This document shows positions 13,801-27,274 of a stretch of 64,000 nucleotides of DNA, one piece after another. The position numbers were made by a program, and so were the translations under genes. A model generated the notes under the pieces. The model saw only the letters and a program-made list of their open reading frames with translations, was not told where the DNA came from and did not search any database. This DNA comes from Lama glama (lineage: Eukaryota): positions 4,092,001-4,156,000 of the forward strand of contig CM052820.1 in NCBI GenBank assembly GCA_028534125.1. Direction: 5' to 3'. The first letter of the stretch is position 1; the number at the start of each line of letters is the position of its first letter.

Positions 13801-14779
13801 ACAGTCTGCGTCCTCACTCTGCTTCCACAAGCCGCTTGCTTCCCATTAACCTTCTTTAATCTGCTCCTAGATTCACAGCAGCATCGCAATAAAATCTTTC
13901 CATTCTGTCACAGAGGAAACTGAAGGCCGCACGGGGGTAAAGAAGGGGCGCACGAGGGCTCGGGCCAGCAGGTCCTCATTCTGGCCACGTGAGGGCACCC
14001 ACCTGGGCCGGACTCCAGGGCGAGTGGTGAAGGACAAGCCATCCCCATCACCCACAAAACACACCCCCAAGCTCCCAGCCCGTCTCACCACCGGCTGCTG
14101 AATGACCTGAAATAAATCTTGGATGGGAAGCACAGTCATCTCGGCAGGACCCCAGCCATTTCTCAGCAGAGCGCCAGGGCAGATGCGCCCAACCCAGGCA
14201 TGGTTCCGGAACCATGACTCCTTCCCCAGACGGGATGCCAGGACCCACCAGGGGTTCAACCTGGCTACTTTAAAACCAGGCTATGTTCAGGCTACAGCCT
14301 CCACTCTTCTCATCTCCTCTGTCCCTGAAAAAGATTCTTAAGCCACTTATTTTCTCTTCGTGGGATGATTGAAGCCCCGAAGAAGGACGACCCCACTGGG
14401 GGTGGCAGAGGGCCTGCTGGGCACTGACCCGTGGGCTTCCCTGCAGCTCTGCTCTCGGCACAGATAAGTGAGATTCACACACGAGGCAAGAACTCAGAGG
14501 AGCTGCAGGGCGACAGCCCAGATTGATTTGGCCTGCTCTGGTGACAGCTGTTCCCATGTCTCTGAAAATTCTGCCCTCTGACCCCCTCCATCACAGACGG
14601 ACCATTAGAGTCCAGTGTGGAAAATGCTCCCCTTGTAAGGCAAAGCCTGGGCCAAATTCTTTAAGAATGAGGCGGGTTCAGCCGAGACCTTGGTGGTGGG
14701 GGGCAGACGTTCAGGCAGAGGGAGCCCCCCCCCAAACAAAGGCCTGGAGGTGACTCTCGTGCGGAACAGAGAGCAGCAT

Positions 14780-15030
14780 TTCTTTTTTGTTTCTTTTTCT
14801 TTTTTTTAATTGAAGTGTAGTTGGTTTACCCTGTTAGTTTCAGGCGTACAGCAAAAGCAATTCAGTTATACATATATATATTTTTTCTTTTCAAATTCCT
14901 TTCCATTATATGTTATTACAAGATATTGAATTAGTTCCCTGTGCTACACAGTAGGTCCTTGTTGTTTATCTATTTTATATACAGTCATGTGTATCTGGTA
15001 ATCCCAAACTCCTAATTTATCCCTCCCCTG
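14780..15030 (-). mobile_element. 5'-truncated cetartiodactyl-type L1 3' end
   Basis: T-rich tail, then TAATTGAAGTGTAGTTG...GTTCCCTGTGCTACACAGTAGG...CCCAAACTCCTAATTTATCCCTCC. Confidence 0.88.
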
Positions 15031-15352
15031 CCAGAGAACAGTGTTTCTTAACCCATTTTTCATTACTAATTTTTCTCCTAATCACTCTCCTCCATGAAAC
15101 TGCACATCTGCATACACCCTGTGGCCCACCACAGACCACTGGAACAGCCACGGTTTTTTTCTCCTCCTCCCAAGAACCAACTTCCCCCCTTACGGAGGAT
15201 GCATGGCTTAAAGGGCTTACAAGCAGCTCGGGTGGTCGACGAAGCAAGGAAGGCCCTTGCTCTGCCAACCGGTGGGGGTCCCCCAGGGTTGGGAGTGTCT
15301 CCTGGGTCATGCCAGCCTCACTTCTATCAGAACCCCGATCTTTTCTCTGCTC

Positions 15353-15413
15353 TGCATCCAACAAGCACTCAGCAAGTGCATCCAGCAAGCACTCAACAAG
15401 CACTCAGCAAGCA
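15353..15413. repeat. Compound minisatellite (24-bp unit x2 built on an 11-bp CACTCARCAAG unit)
   Basis: TGCATCCAACAAGCACTCAGCAAG TGCATCCAGCAAGCACTCAACAAG CACTCAGCAAGCA. Confidence 0.85.
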
Positions 15414-18400
15414 TCAGCCAGGGCTTCACATTTCGGCAGGTAATTGGGTGGGGGAAATGTGGTTCTGGTCCCTGGTGCTTTCAGGACCAGTAGAGCCAAA
15501 ACAGAGTCCAATCTATCCATCATAAAGCAATATCCAACAGGGCCAAAATAAAAGGGTGTTACTGCAGGAGACAGAAGGGCTGGAGCCACGAGGGCCAGCG
15601 GGGGAGAGCTGCCGGGGGCGGGGCTCACACAATGTCCCTACAGGCAAACAGCCCAACGTCTTCAGGAAGTAAATGGCTTCAGGACACAGTTGCAGAGTTT
15701 GACTGAATCTGACTGTGTATTAGAAGCAAAAACTCCTTCTCCTATTTCCCCTGTGTCATTACCCGCAGTTGCAAGAGACTCAGGTTTTTCAGCTCAGTCT
15801 CTAACTGCCTCTAAACAAAACTCTACCTAAGGTTTCGCACACTGGCCTACGGAACTGGGGCTGGATGCACTGCTTCCTTGAGACTCACAGCCTTTGAATA
15901 ACCACCCCTTTCTTTCAAAAGCAAAAATGCTCACCCTCAGCTGTACAGCTGTGCTAAGTTGTAGGCAGCATTCCTCAACACTTGGACTGTTTGCAACATG
16001 ACAAGTGAGGGTCAAAATGACTTTAACCAACAGCGCTATTATTAACAAGCCCTTTGAACCTAGGTGGGCCATTTGAAACAGCTTCGGGAGGGTCCACATC
16101 TTGAGACTATGATCTGAACAACAAAATGGTGATACCACGGTTAAGAGAGAGAACTGGGAAAACAGTAATTCTACCCCCACAGGGTGTAAAGGGCACATCT
16201 GTATGCTGAAATGACTGCTGGTCTCATTAGAATATGCTTTAATTCAAGCCAAAATTTTAAAACTATCAAAAACCTCCACCCACAGAATACAGGACCTTTG
16301 AGAAGGTGGTAATGTGACCCTGGGCCAGTCTTAAAGCAGGAGGAAACAAAGCCATTCTGAAATCCGAGACAAACGCCTCCCTAGAGCCAACATTCCAGCA
16401 GGAAGACAGATTTTCCCGGTTAATCAACTGGAAATTCAAGTTTGACAGTTATAGGAGGTTGGGGGGAGGGTGTCCAGCAGGCCTGTGTGACTCTGACCGG
16501 CCAGGCACACACTGCCCCACCCTGGGGGGCGGGCGCGACAGACTCCTGTGCATCTGGGTGGCTTCACTGCAACCAACAGGGGAAGGGGCTCGTGTGGTTG
16601 GCCCTCACGCTTTGAGAACCTGACTTCCGGTGAGCAAAGCCAGTGTGCAGCCCCACTGACTGCGAGAAGGATCCTATTTCTACCCCAAAGAGGCTGGTCA
16701 ATCCCGGAAGAGCAACCTTCCTTCTAAAAGTTACCTAACAGAACTAAACACAGACCATCTAGAAGGGAAAGTCAGTCCCTGCAGAACTGGAGACCTTGTA
16801 AGCGATGCCGGGTGACACCAATCCCCCACTGTTCTCGCACATTTTCCACAAAGGCAAACTGTCTCTGCTGGCTTCGCTCCATCCTGCCCCAGTGCCTGAC
16901 AGACCACTCACTGCCCGCCACTGGGTTGGGGATCTGTGCCACTCACTTCCGTCAAGTTCCTGAAACCAGTGAACCCCACATCTGATAATTAGCCATCACT
17001 CATAAAGATGGCCACTCACATGTTTATTAAGCTTCTGTGCACCTCCAAAGTTAGCCCGATAAAACCGTAAACCCCCCTCCACTCCTCAATCACTCTGTAT
17101 TCAAACATGCCTCGAGTGGGGGGTGGGGAGGGGGCATGGGACAGCCAGCACACGAGGAACAGAGCATGGTCTGAGCCAGCCTAATTCACAGGAGTGTGGG
17201 CAGCAGATACATGAACCACTGTTTAAAAAAAAAAAAAAGCTGCCAAGCCCTTGGCAGGATATCATGGTAGATCCACCCCGTGAGCTCCCTCCTGAGTCCA
17301 TGCTTTAGGAGGGCACACACCACCAGTGGAAACCCCAGAGAGCATCCGTGAGGGCACTTGAGGGCTCAGGGTGGCCGTGGTTACTGCTCACATGTAAGGT
17401 CTGAGCTCACTGCGGGCGCTCTTGGCCGCGGGCACGGCTAGGTTATTCCGTAGGTGCACAAGGAACTGGAGGAGCCCAGGAGGGTCTGCTCATAAAAACA
17501 CATTCTGCTCTCAGGTAGAGCCGCGATGCTTCTGCAAGAAGAGTTCCTTCTCTACCCAGGAGCACTTATCCTGCTGTATAAATAAGTGCAGAAATGGAAT
17601 CACTACCTTCTTTTGCTCAGCCTGTTTGGAAACAGAATGTCAAGTTTACCATCTAACAATCCCCACTCCTGCATCCTGGAGGAAGCCACGCCCAGAGAGG
17701 GTGGGGGGCGACCGTGGGAGAAGGTGGTGGCACCCCGACCCCAATGCCCAGTCACTGACTGGCCCTGCCTTCCTTCAGGCAACCACACCTGGGCCCTTCT
17801 CTGTTGTGACGTGGTCTGCACCCTTTGGAGATGATCGTGGTTAACAGATACACTTTGTTTCCAGCTCAGGAAAAATGACCTTTCCAAGCACCATGCTCCA
17901 AGTGAGGCAAAGCTCGAGCGGAGACACTTCAGACTTGAAGGACAAAGAGACCTTTGCAGGAGAGGTGAAAGTTCAAAGCAAAAGCAACAGGAGGCAGCCC
18001 AGGGCCGGGCCAGCCCTGAAGGAGGCTTCCTGCTCCCGGGTACAGTTTCATCCCAGCCCCCAGCCTGCAGGGCAGGGCTCCAAGAGGCAAAAAGATCCCT
18101 GAAGAGACACAAGTGCTCAGACCTTCCCGAGGTCCGCAGGGTGAGGCCTCGAAAGCACCCCCAGGCAGCTTCAGCCCCTGCCCTGGAGCTCGGTCCAGCA
18201 GCATCCTTCCTCCACCCCTCACCTGGATGCTCCAACAGTCTGCCCGTTAAGATGCAAAGCTAGTCATTCTTCCCACAAACGGTGACAGGAACGTCAAGCC
18301 ACAGCTGCAGACTCTGGGTTAACAATCTCCCACTGAGCATGCTCCACAGGAGTGGAAACTTAATAGCAATGAAGCAGATACCTTGTAGCCTGAAGAACGG

Positions 18401-19699
18401 CCACACTGTAGCTGGAGGTCCTTCTTACGGACACTTCAGCACATGCCAGGCTCAGTCACCTCCCTTCTCCGAACCTGCCAGCGACCCTGGGCTCCTTCAG
18501 CTCCAGCAACAACCAGCCCTCCTCCTCAGGGTCCAGCCTGTCCCTAGTAGCGGCCTCCACCCGCCTAACAGGTCCCAAAGAAAAAAGCCAGCACCCAGGG
18601 GCCCAGGGAGGACTCCACGTGAACATCCTCAAATCCCGAAAATGAAGGACAAGATCCCAGCTGCAATGTGGTCCCCCATTCTAGCAGCTTGGTTCATGCC
18701 GGTGAAGGTAAAATGCAGAGGCTTTTCTTAAAAGCCACTGAGGAGATTAGTGGGGCAAGTCGGGGCTGGAAACAGGGCCGCACAGCAAACTGGCCCTGGA
18801 TTCATGCTCCGTGGTCAGCGGTCACTGCGGACACATAAAGGACAATATCTGGTGCTGAAGCATCGTGATGCCCATGGGGCAACCTCAAGTGGTCCCGTGA
18901 AGAAAAACAAAAACAAAAATTCACATACACAGAGACAAAGCAAGTGTGGCAAACTACTTTTCTTAGGTCTCAAAGAAAATCACCTTTTTCAGATCATCGA
19001 CATGTAAAATGTATCTAGTTCTACAAGCATTTTAAAAATCACATCAAATTTAGGTATTAGGGTCAGATGGGTGAGGAGGATTTATGGATTTTTCCTGGTA
19101 TTATTTGATTTTTTTTTAAAGCAGGAGGCAGGTATTATCAGAAAGAAAATGAGATTTTACTTTTTGGTGGTGGAGGCTGGGAGGTGACGGGCTCTTTTGA
19201 TCTGACAGAGAAAGCACTGCCTGAAACCACAGGAGGAAACAAACTGCCTTGATTGCTTCCTTTTCATCTAAGGATTCACTTCCACTCCCACGTGTGCAGA
19301 CAAGGAGGGGCCCCCTGCGGCCAAGGTCGAGGCCCCAGCCCTGGCCCCGGCCCGGCGCTCAGGATGGGTCCCAGCTCTCGGACTTCCAACACCTGACCTC
19401 AGGCTTCTGGCAACTGAACCACAGGAACCCACTCTTTGAACTGCACTTTGCTCCCCGGGTCCTGCTCTAAAGAGTCGTTGCAATAAATGAAAGTGAAAGA
19501 TACACAAACAGTTCCAGCCTGAAGAGCAGGAACCCTGCTTCCACAAAGAGTATCGACCTCCCCCGGAACAGAGTGATCACTCACAATCTGGGTCCTTACC
19601 CATTTTTAAAATGTCAGATAGCATTCTATGTCAGCAGGGAAAAAAGGATGCAGCCACCAAGAAGAGGAAGATGGAGCCACGGTGGCGGCCACGTCGAGT

Positions 19700-20060
19700 A
19701 CCTCTTCAGCAGGAACTCTATACAGCACCGATGTCTCATCGCGACTCAGCCACCGACACGACATACAGCCAGGAGATGCAAGGCAGAGAGCCACGTGAAC
19801 ATAAGCCACATTTCATGTAAAGTTTACAAAAGCAGGCAAAACCAGGCAATAAATATTTTAGGGGTATATATATTAAATGGTAAAACCATAAATGAAAAAA
19901 GAAATGGAATAAAAAGAAAATTTAGGGTAGTGGTTACCGGGGGAGGGTGGTGGGGAGCACAGTCACGCGTGGGGAACTCCAAAGGTTCTTGTCAAATGTT
20001 TCTCCGGCCGGACGGAGAACGCAGGCATTCATTTTCTTATCCCTTAATCTGTACATTCCT
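19700..20060 (+). mobile_element. Ancient L1ME-like 3' fragment
   Basis: TTTCATGTAAAGTTTACAAAAGCAGGCAAAAC...GGTAAAACCATAAA...TTTAGGGTAGTGGTTACC. Confidence 0.7.
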
Positions 20061-21492
20061 GTTTGTGGGAGGTTTAAGTCTGTGCGTTCTGAGGCTGGAC
20101 CGTGTCCAACAGTTATTATTTGTTAAATAGAATAAATGTGTTTTGCTGTTTTAGAGCAAGATATATGCTTAAATAAGATGGGAAAATTTCTTGACTGGTC
20201 CAGAGAAATTCAACCTTACATTAACTATAATTACTTTTGATATTTATACTCCTCCCCCCCTCCACTGTGAGCAAGTATTACTTTTACTTATTAAAAAATA
20301 AATTCCGTTCAAGTCTGTATATATCTAGACTTGGCTCAAGCAACTGAGAGACCACACGAAGAACCACACTGGGTGAAAAATGGCTACAAACAGCCTGCAA
20401 CTTTTTCATTCCAGGCCCACAAAACAGCAGAGCCCCTTTACTGCTCCATGGTCCTCGTGCACCAGCCCTGAGGGCCCCCTCCTCCCTTTTTACACTGTCC
20501 TCACTGCGAGCCACAAACTGGACACGCACCCATCTCTGCAGATAACTCCACACCCTCCCGGACTCTCTCCCTTCACAATGGTCTCCTCATCAGGGATTTG
20601 CTCACTGTCTGCTCTCAGACACTGCACGGTTCCGTACAGACTTTCTCCGGTCTCCTCCCGTCCAAAGAAAGCGCCCCCCAGGAGAGTAAGCAGAGACTTC
20701 CCGGAGTCTTTAGAAGTGTCATTTTGTTTGCTTTTCTGATAATCAGGCTCTTTTTTTGTTTTTGATCTTACTACATAAAAAAGATGTTCTATCCTCAACA
20801 GGGACAGAGAGAAAGGTCCAGAGGGGAGACGATGAGGAAGGAAGTGGCCCCTGCCGGCTCCCCTCTGCAGGGAGCCTGGGGTGCGGGTGGCACTCTGGCA
20901 GGACTGACGTTCCACAGTGCACTAAGCCTGACTGAAGACCAGGAGGACCGAGGTGGATCTCCAAGTGCAGGCACAAGGTGCATCCATGGCCCAGACAGAA
21001 AGGTCTTAATTCCTTATGTCCAAGTTTCTTACATTCCTTGTGGAACAGAAATCTTCATTTCCCAGGTCGCCCTTCACCTTTCTTCCTATGCGCTCACATG
21101 CCCACACAGGCTCCCAGCACTGACATGTTCCCGCACCCAGCCTCTCATCCAAGCTTCTCTTCTCAGAAACAAATGACTAGTGGGAGGAGGGCTCAAGATG
21201 AGACAAACTTCAGTGCAACAGCTGGTACCTCTGGGGCTGCTGCAGTGACCAGTGCTTCCTCCCTCGTGCCCAATGGGGTAAACAGGGGAAGGAGGGCGGA
21301 GAGAAAAATTACAATAGTAGGTGCAACGTGCAAAATCACCACTCATCACAAAGGAGGCAGCATAGCATCCTGAAAGGGACTGAGAGTGGGGGGCAGACCA
21401 GCATCCTTCAATTTGATTGAGCCAGAAGCCCCTCCCAGGTAGCCCTCGGCAGAGACAAGACCCATCCTCATGTCTCAAGAGTGTGGGGTTAA

Positions 21493-22061
21493 CCAGAGTT
21501 CACAGCAGCACTACTTACAACAGCCAAGACATGGATGCAACCTCAATGTCCAACAACAGATAACTGGATAAAGAAGTTACAGTATTTACATACAATGGAA
21601 TACTACTCAGCCATAAGAAAGAATAAAATAGCACCATTTGCAGCAACATGGATGGACCTGGAGATTGTCATACTAAGTGAAGTATAAGCCAGAAAGAGAA
21701 AGAAAAATACCACATAACACGTACATGTGGAATGTTTTCAAAAATGACACAAATGAACTTATTTACAAAACAGAAACAGGCCCACATACAAAGAAAACAA
21801 ACTTATGGTTACTAGGGGTAAGGGGGGGAAATAAATTGGGAGTTTGGGATTTGCGGATACTAACTCCTATATAGAAAACAGACAAACAAGTTTCTACTGT
21901 ACAGCACAGGGAACTATATTCAGTGTCTTGTAGCAACCAGTAATAACAAAGAATATGAGAAAGAATACATATGCATGTATGTATACATAAACTGAATCAC
22001 TACGCTGTACACCAGCGACTAACACAATATAGCAAATTGACCACACTTCAATTAAAAAAAA
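21493..22061 (+). mobile_element. 5'-truncated L1 (end of ORF2 plus cetartiodactyl/camelid-type 3' UTR) with TSD
   Basis: TACAATGGAATACTACTCAGCCATAAG...GCAGCAACATGGATGGACCTGGAG...TTCAATTAAAAAAA. Flanked by AAGAGTGTGGGGTTAA (21477-21492) and AAGAATGTGCGGTTAA (22062-22077), 14/16 identical. Confidence 0.93.
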
Positions 22062-25000
22062 AAGAATGTGCGGTTAAATCAGAAAAACCCCTATTGAGGA
22101 GATGCCTGGCACATTTTTTTAAGATTCCAAAGCATCGCCAATGTTCTGTCCTCTCAGTGCCAGCCTCTTAAGCAGAGACAGTGTGATGCATCATAAAATC
22201 TCAGCCACAGGAAGTAACATTCCTGTACTTTCTCTGAGGAGAAGCTGCATGAAGAGGAAGCTGATAGATGCAGTAGGATGTGTGCACAGCAGTTGCTACA
22301 GTGCCTCACGGCGTCTTCCAGCCCAAGACAGATCACCACTTTCAATCAGGAAAAGGCAGGTGTCTGTGCCCGTTCGCTGGGCGTCCTTACAACATCCAGA
22401 AGTTTGTATGTAAGAACGGACTTGCTGCTTCTCTGTGAGCAATAAATAGACGATTTAAAACTCATACTTTAAACATGACCAAGTTTTTCTTTCTGCCTCT
22501 CACCAGGAAAGCAGTTTAAAGTGCTCTAATAAAGTAACAGCAGGTTCCAAAAACACTTTTCCACTTATTTTTTAAATGACTTTAAAATGCTATAATAAAG
22601 GAATACTAAGTTTAAAAAACATCTTTCCTCTCATTTTTTTCCTTATGGTAATCAGATCCTCCCCCACTGGCATTCTGCTCTGGAATACTAAATCTTACCT
22701 TGGACAACACACTTCAAAAATACCTTCCACAAGGAAAACCCATGCAGAGGCAGGAACTCTGATGAGAAGGTGGGGAAGGGAACCCTATGAGGAAGACTGA
22801 TGGCCTGAGATGCTTCAGTCTGGACCAGAGAAGCAGAGGGCGGCTCCCGCAGTGGGAGGGACCACCAGCTGATGAGCTGCTCGATGAACCTGACCAGCAA
22901 GGGGCGCAGAAACCTGTGCAGAGAGAACTTTCCAGAGAAGGGGACCCCTGGGCTTAGGAACAACTCTGTGCAGAGGTGTGCGAGAGTACACACGTACACA
23001 CACCAGCTGAGGCTTTTCCTCCAAAGCCTGGGAGAGAGGCCAGCACATCCTTGGACAATCTGCGTACAATCCAGTGTATTCTGGGATTGAATAACGCTTA
23101 TCACATAAAAATAAGATGATGTTCCATCACAGGCACAGTTTCCATCATCCAGAAGCCAATCCCTGCCCCGGAAATTCAGGTGGTGCACTGTAAGGCAGGA
23201 ACACCCAGGCTGTACAACCATGAACACTGCAAGGCTCCACGTAAGACTCTAACCCTATTTTCTTTTCAACAACATCACAATTTGAATTAGGCTTTGCAGT
23301 TGTTCTCTGAATTTCTCCTGGGAGACAGGGTAGAAGCTGAGATTTCGCTTTTATCTTCCATGTGCAACAACTGTGACTGTGGGCACATTAGCAGCCACAG
23401 AAAATAGGAATTTGGAGCTAACCTGCAGCCACTTCACACGGCAGGTGCAATATACCAGAAACAGCCTTCAAGCCCGCTATTCGGGGGAACGCATGCTAGT
23501 TTTTGTGATGACAGAGGCCCAAAATTTTACCTGTGGCTGACTGCGTGACGTGCAGAAAACAGGACGGCAAGGGAAAAACAAATAAAAAGAGCAATGATGG
23601 CCAGTGAGTCTGCAGACCACTCAGTGACTCTGGTCTTAAAACATCCATGACCTGCAGTCAATGGTATCTCAACTGCTGAGATAATTATTGGACTGGATTC
23701 AGAATTCAATAATCTGAACTTGAAAGCTTCAGCCATATTAATGTAAGAAGTGATTATCTGATTCACAGGGACGGTTTCTGCATGGTGAGCTATCCCGGGG
23801 CCGGCAGTCGGGGAGCAGACACGCGGACCCAGGCTGAGCTGTCACTGTAGCGCCACCCTCTCCCAGCCGTCCCAGCAGACAGCAGAGTCCATCCTCTCCC
23901 TGCCAATGGGCCCTCCTCAGCCAGACTGCTGCGCTGAGCTCCCATCCGCCCTCTCCCCAGCTCCCTCTGTTCCTAAAGATTCAAGGCCCCTCCCAGCTCA
24001 GGGCTATGCCCAGAAGCTCCAGCTGCCCCGCCCAGCATCCCGCCTGGACAGCTCCACGCACCCCTCCTGCGGGGCTGCAGCACGTGGCCCTCCTCAGCCA
24101 GGCCTTCTGCAATGCCCCATCTTCGCACCCCATCCTGCACACAGACACTCACACAGACACTCCTTCTTCCCTGTCACGGATCACTAGTACTTCACTGAGC
24201 TCTGTTGGTTTGTATCCTCCCTCTGCCCCTAAAATATTAGCTCCAGGAAGGGGGATCTGTGCCAGTTTGGTCAGGGATGATCCCCCAAAAGCCTGGCAAA
24301 TGTACGGCACCCAAGAGCCCCACAACAGGGACCTGTCATGTTGGAGGGTAGGGGGAGGGATGGAGAAGCAGCCAAATGAGGGAGGAAAACAAAGTCACTG
24401 GGAGCTAAGAAAGCCGCCACTCAGGCTGCGGCAACCAGACACGCAGATTGAGCACTTACACGTGAAACGAGCTCGAGCCTCCCCTCGGCGGCAGCCCGGC
24501 TCCCGCTGCTCATCCGTGCGTGTCTGCTGGGCCCTGCACACGACCAGCACTGAGGTCCGCGGTGCGGGGGACAAGCAGACCCGACACAGTGCCCCGCCCA
24601 AGGGGTGGGCACCCATGTCCCTGCACACACGCCGGGCTCCACGTGACTGTGCTGTAGGAGAAAAGAAGGGGCCACAAGGTCAGCAGACCTGCCTTCCCCA
24701 CGGTGGGTAAAGGGAGGTAGTTTTCATGGAAAGCAGGACGTCGGATCTGTCCTTGCTGGGCATTAGGCTTTGCGCTAATGGAAACGGAGATCACTGTCAG
24801 TGGAAGAAAAGTCAAACCAAAGGGGAATGCTCGGAGTTTCAGTAATTCAAGCTTTAAAAGAAAAAGGTGAGTCTGGCTGGAAGACAAGCAAGCACCAGGG
24901 GTGAAGCGAAGGTCTCAGTCTTGCAGGACAAGCCAAAGGGCCTCTGCGGCCAAAGCCAGGAGGGCTCGGAAGGCAGCCAGCTGGGCCAGGGGCTCCATAC

Positions 25001-25139
25001 GCGTGGTCCCCCCGTCAGGTGAAGGTTCCGGAAAGCCGAGCCACTGCCAGCGGAGATGCGCAGAGACAGGCGCCGGCACATCCTCCCAGCGAACTTGCCT
25101 CCGCAGCCAACCATCCAGTGAGCACACCGGCTCACTTAC

Positions 25140-25700
25140 CAGGCAGGAAAATGCAAGTTTTGTTCACGGCTGCGGAAAGCCTTTTTCTTCCGAAATGAAA
25201 GCACGAGCCCGGAAGAGGGGAGCACGCTGAAGCGCCGAGCTCCGAGCGGGCGAGGCCGCCCGGCCCAGCCCAGCCCCCGGGTCTTTGAGGACACATTCCA
25301 CCACGACACTGAGCTTTCCTACCCGCCGCGCAGAACACAGACAAGGGAGGATAAAGAGGAGAGGCAGGCGTTTCAAGTGGTGTTTGAACCCGAGATGCTA
25401 TTCTGAGAGCCATTCATCCCGAGCCTCGGCGGGGGAAGGGGCGGTCAAGTTCTAATTCCATCCAGAGAGAGGACATAATGAGGGTCACACCCTCCTCAGT
25501 GAACTGGCTCAGCACACACGGTCTTTCTTTTCTGGGACTCAGTTCAGCTGGGAGAGCGGCTGGCGCGCGCACGTGCGCACGGAGAAGGCCACGCAGACGG
25601 ACCAGGCGGCGCCCGCCCCGCGCTCCTGCCAGCACCGGCCTCGGCTCCCCGGGGAAACCCTGCCCTTTGGCCGGCGGAGAGCCGGTCTCCTAACACAAGC
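25140..25700 (-). promoter_or_regulatory. Internal CpG-rich element: candidate alternative promoter / first exon
   Basis: Local CpG cluster, palindrome GCGCACGTGCGC (E-box/NRF1-like, 25567-25578), GC boxes, and a near-consensus minus-strand donor CTG|GTAAGT at 25140/25139. Confidence 0.5.
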
Positions 25701-27274
25701 CTGAATTCCAGCCAAGGAGTTTGGGTATGGGCAGAAGCATTTGGGAGGGGTCGGAGGGGTGGGGGGAAGCATCCTTGGGGTGCCCTGCTGTCACTTGCCT
25801 GGGCTTCTCCGCACTGTCTTGTGGGAAAGGTCAACACAACTGAGAAATCATCCAGGGAACCCCAAACAGGGCAGAATCAGGTTGAAAGAAAAATGCCTTG
25901 ACAATTTGAGAGAGAAAGAGACAGAGGCAGAAGCCTGCTCTTGGCACGTGCCCGGATTACTGTACTTGAGTTTCCAGACCACTTGAATTTCTACCACTAT
26001 CCCTTGTGTTACTAGCAGGGGAAACTGAGGCACGGGACAACCCTGAAGTTTATTTAAGGAAACAATTAGCAGAGGATGAATATTATGATCACACTGAATA
26101 ACACAATTTACACATGAATGTGTGTATATATAAATAAACTTCTAATTTAAGTTTCAAGCATTCATCAAACAAGACAAATGGCCTTGAGGCTGACATGGGT
26201 TATGGAGACAAAAACAGCACAGAGCCAAGAGGAGGGAGCAGTGGGGCACATCCAACAGCCCCCACACGTGAGGAAACCCCAAAGCTGACTTCCTGCCGGC
26301 CTCCCGGTGCCGTTTTCTGAGGATTCCTTTTCATTAGCGCAAAGGACTACAGAACAAAGATCCCCCAAAATATAATAAAGCCTGACTGATGGTCTTAAAA
26401 ACCGGAGTAGGACGTCTGCCACGTGTCTAATCTCAGCCAGAGTGTAGCTTCGCTCAACATCCCAGGCAAAGTCTGTGTTCTGATGCTTGGCACAAAATGC
26501 CGCCCAGCTTCTAATTATCTGATGTACTTCCATATAACGGTAACTACAAAACAGCAAACTAACAAGGGATGGATGTACACATTTCCCTAAGACATCCTCC
26601 ACATGTCTGAGCCAGAAAAATTAGTCATTATGCTTTCTTACGTAATTCTTTATGAAAATCCACTTGATTTCCTGCCTGCCACAAACATTTGGATCTTCAT
26701 TAATTCCAAAAGGAAGAAAGTCAAAACCTCTTTCATCAGAATGCGGCTGACTGTGGTTCTTAATGAACTTGACCATTTCTGATCTTTAATGGACTATTGT
26801 AGACTGAAAACTAATTCTCTGCAAGCAGAAGCATCCAAAGCAGGGCTGTAATTCCACCTCGAATGCTGGTTAACTTGGTCATGATGGGTCCCGTCTCCCC
26901 TCACCCTCACTCCACTGGCACCACACAAACTTTTCAGAATGTTCTTTGGTTCTGTTTTCCTTTCTAAGATCAGAAGCCATCGATGCTTCCCCTTTTCTCC
27001 CCTTCTTCGAACACCACCGCGACTAACCTGAATCACTGAACACAGTCACAACAAGGAAAGCAACGCCGTGTTTACCGACTTACAGAAGGGAGACCATGGT
27101 CCACAGTTAAGACTAAGGATCGCGGCCCCATCACCCACTCACCCGGATGCAGAGCCTGTCTGCACACAGTCAGGGAGGAGACACGGGGTAACCGAGGCAA
27201 GGGCTCTGGGTTTTCTTTGTATCTGTTTTAAAATATTAACTTTTGTCATTTTTTTATTTGAAGCTCTCAAAAAC

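Noticed and set aside
15353-15413. Spaced repeats resembling a CRISPR array or iteron
   Set aside because: Eukaryotic context, contiguous units and no unique spacers; an ordinary minisatellite.
20490-20915. Minus-strand ORF with a protein-like composition (…SLLTLLGGAFFGREETGESLYG…)
   Set aside because: No recognisable homology and no bracketing splice sites or pseudogene hallmarks (poly-A, TSD).
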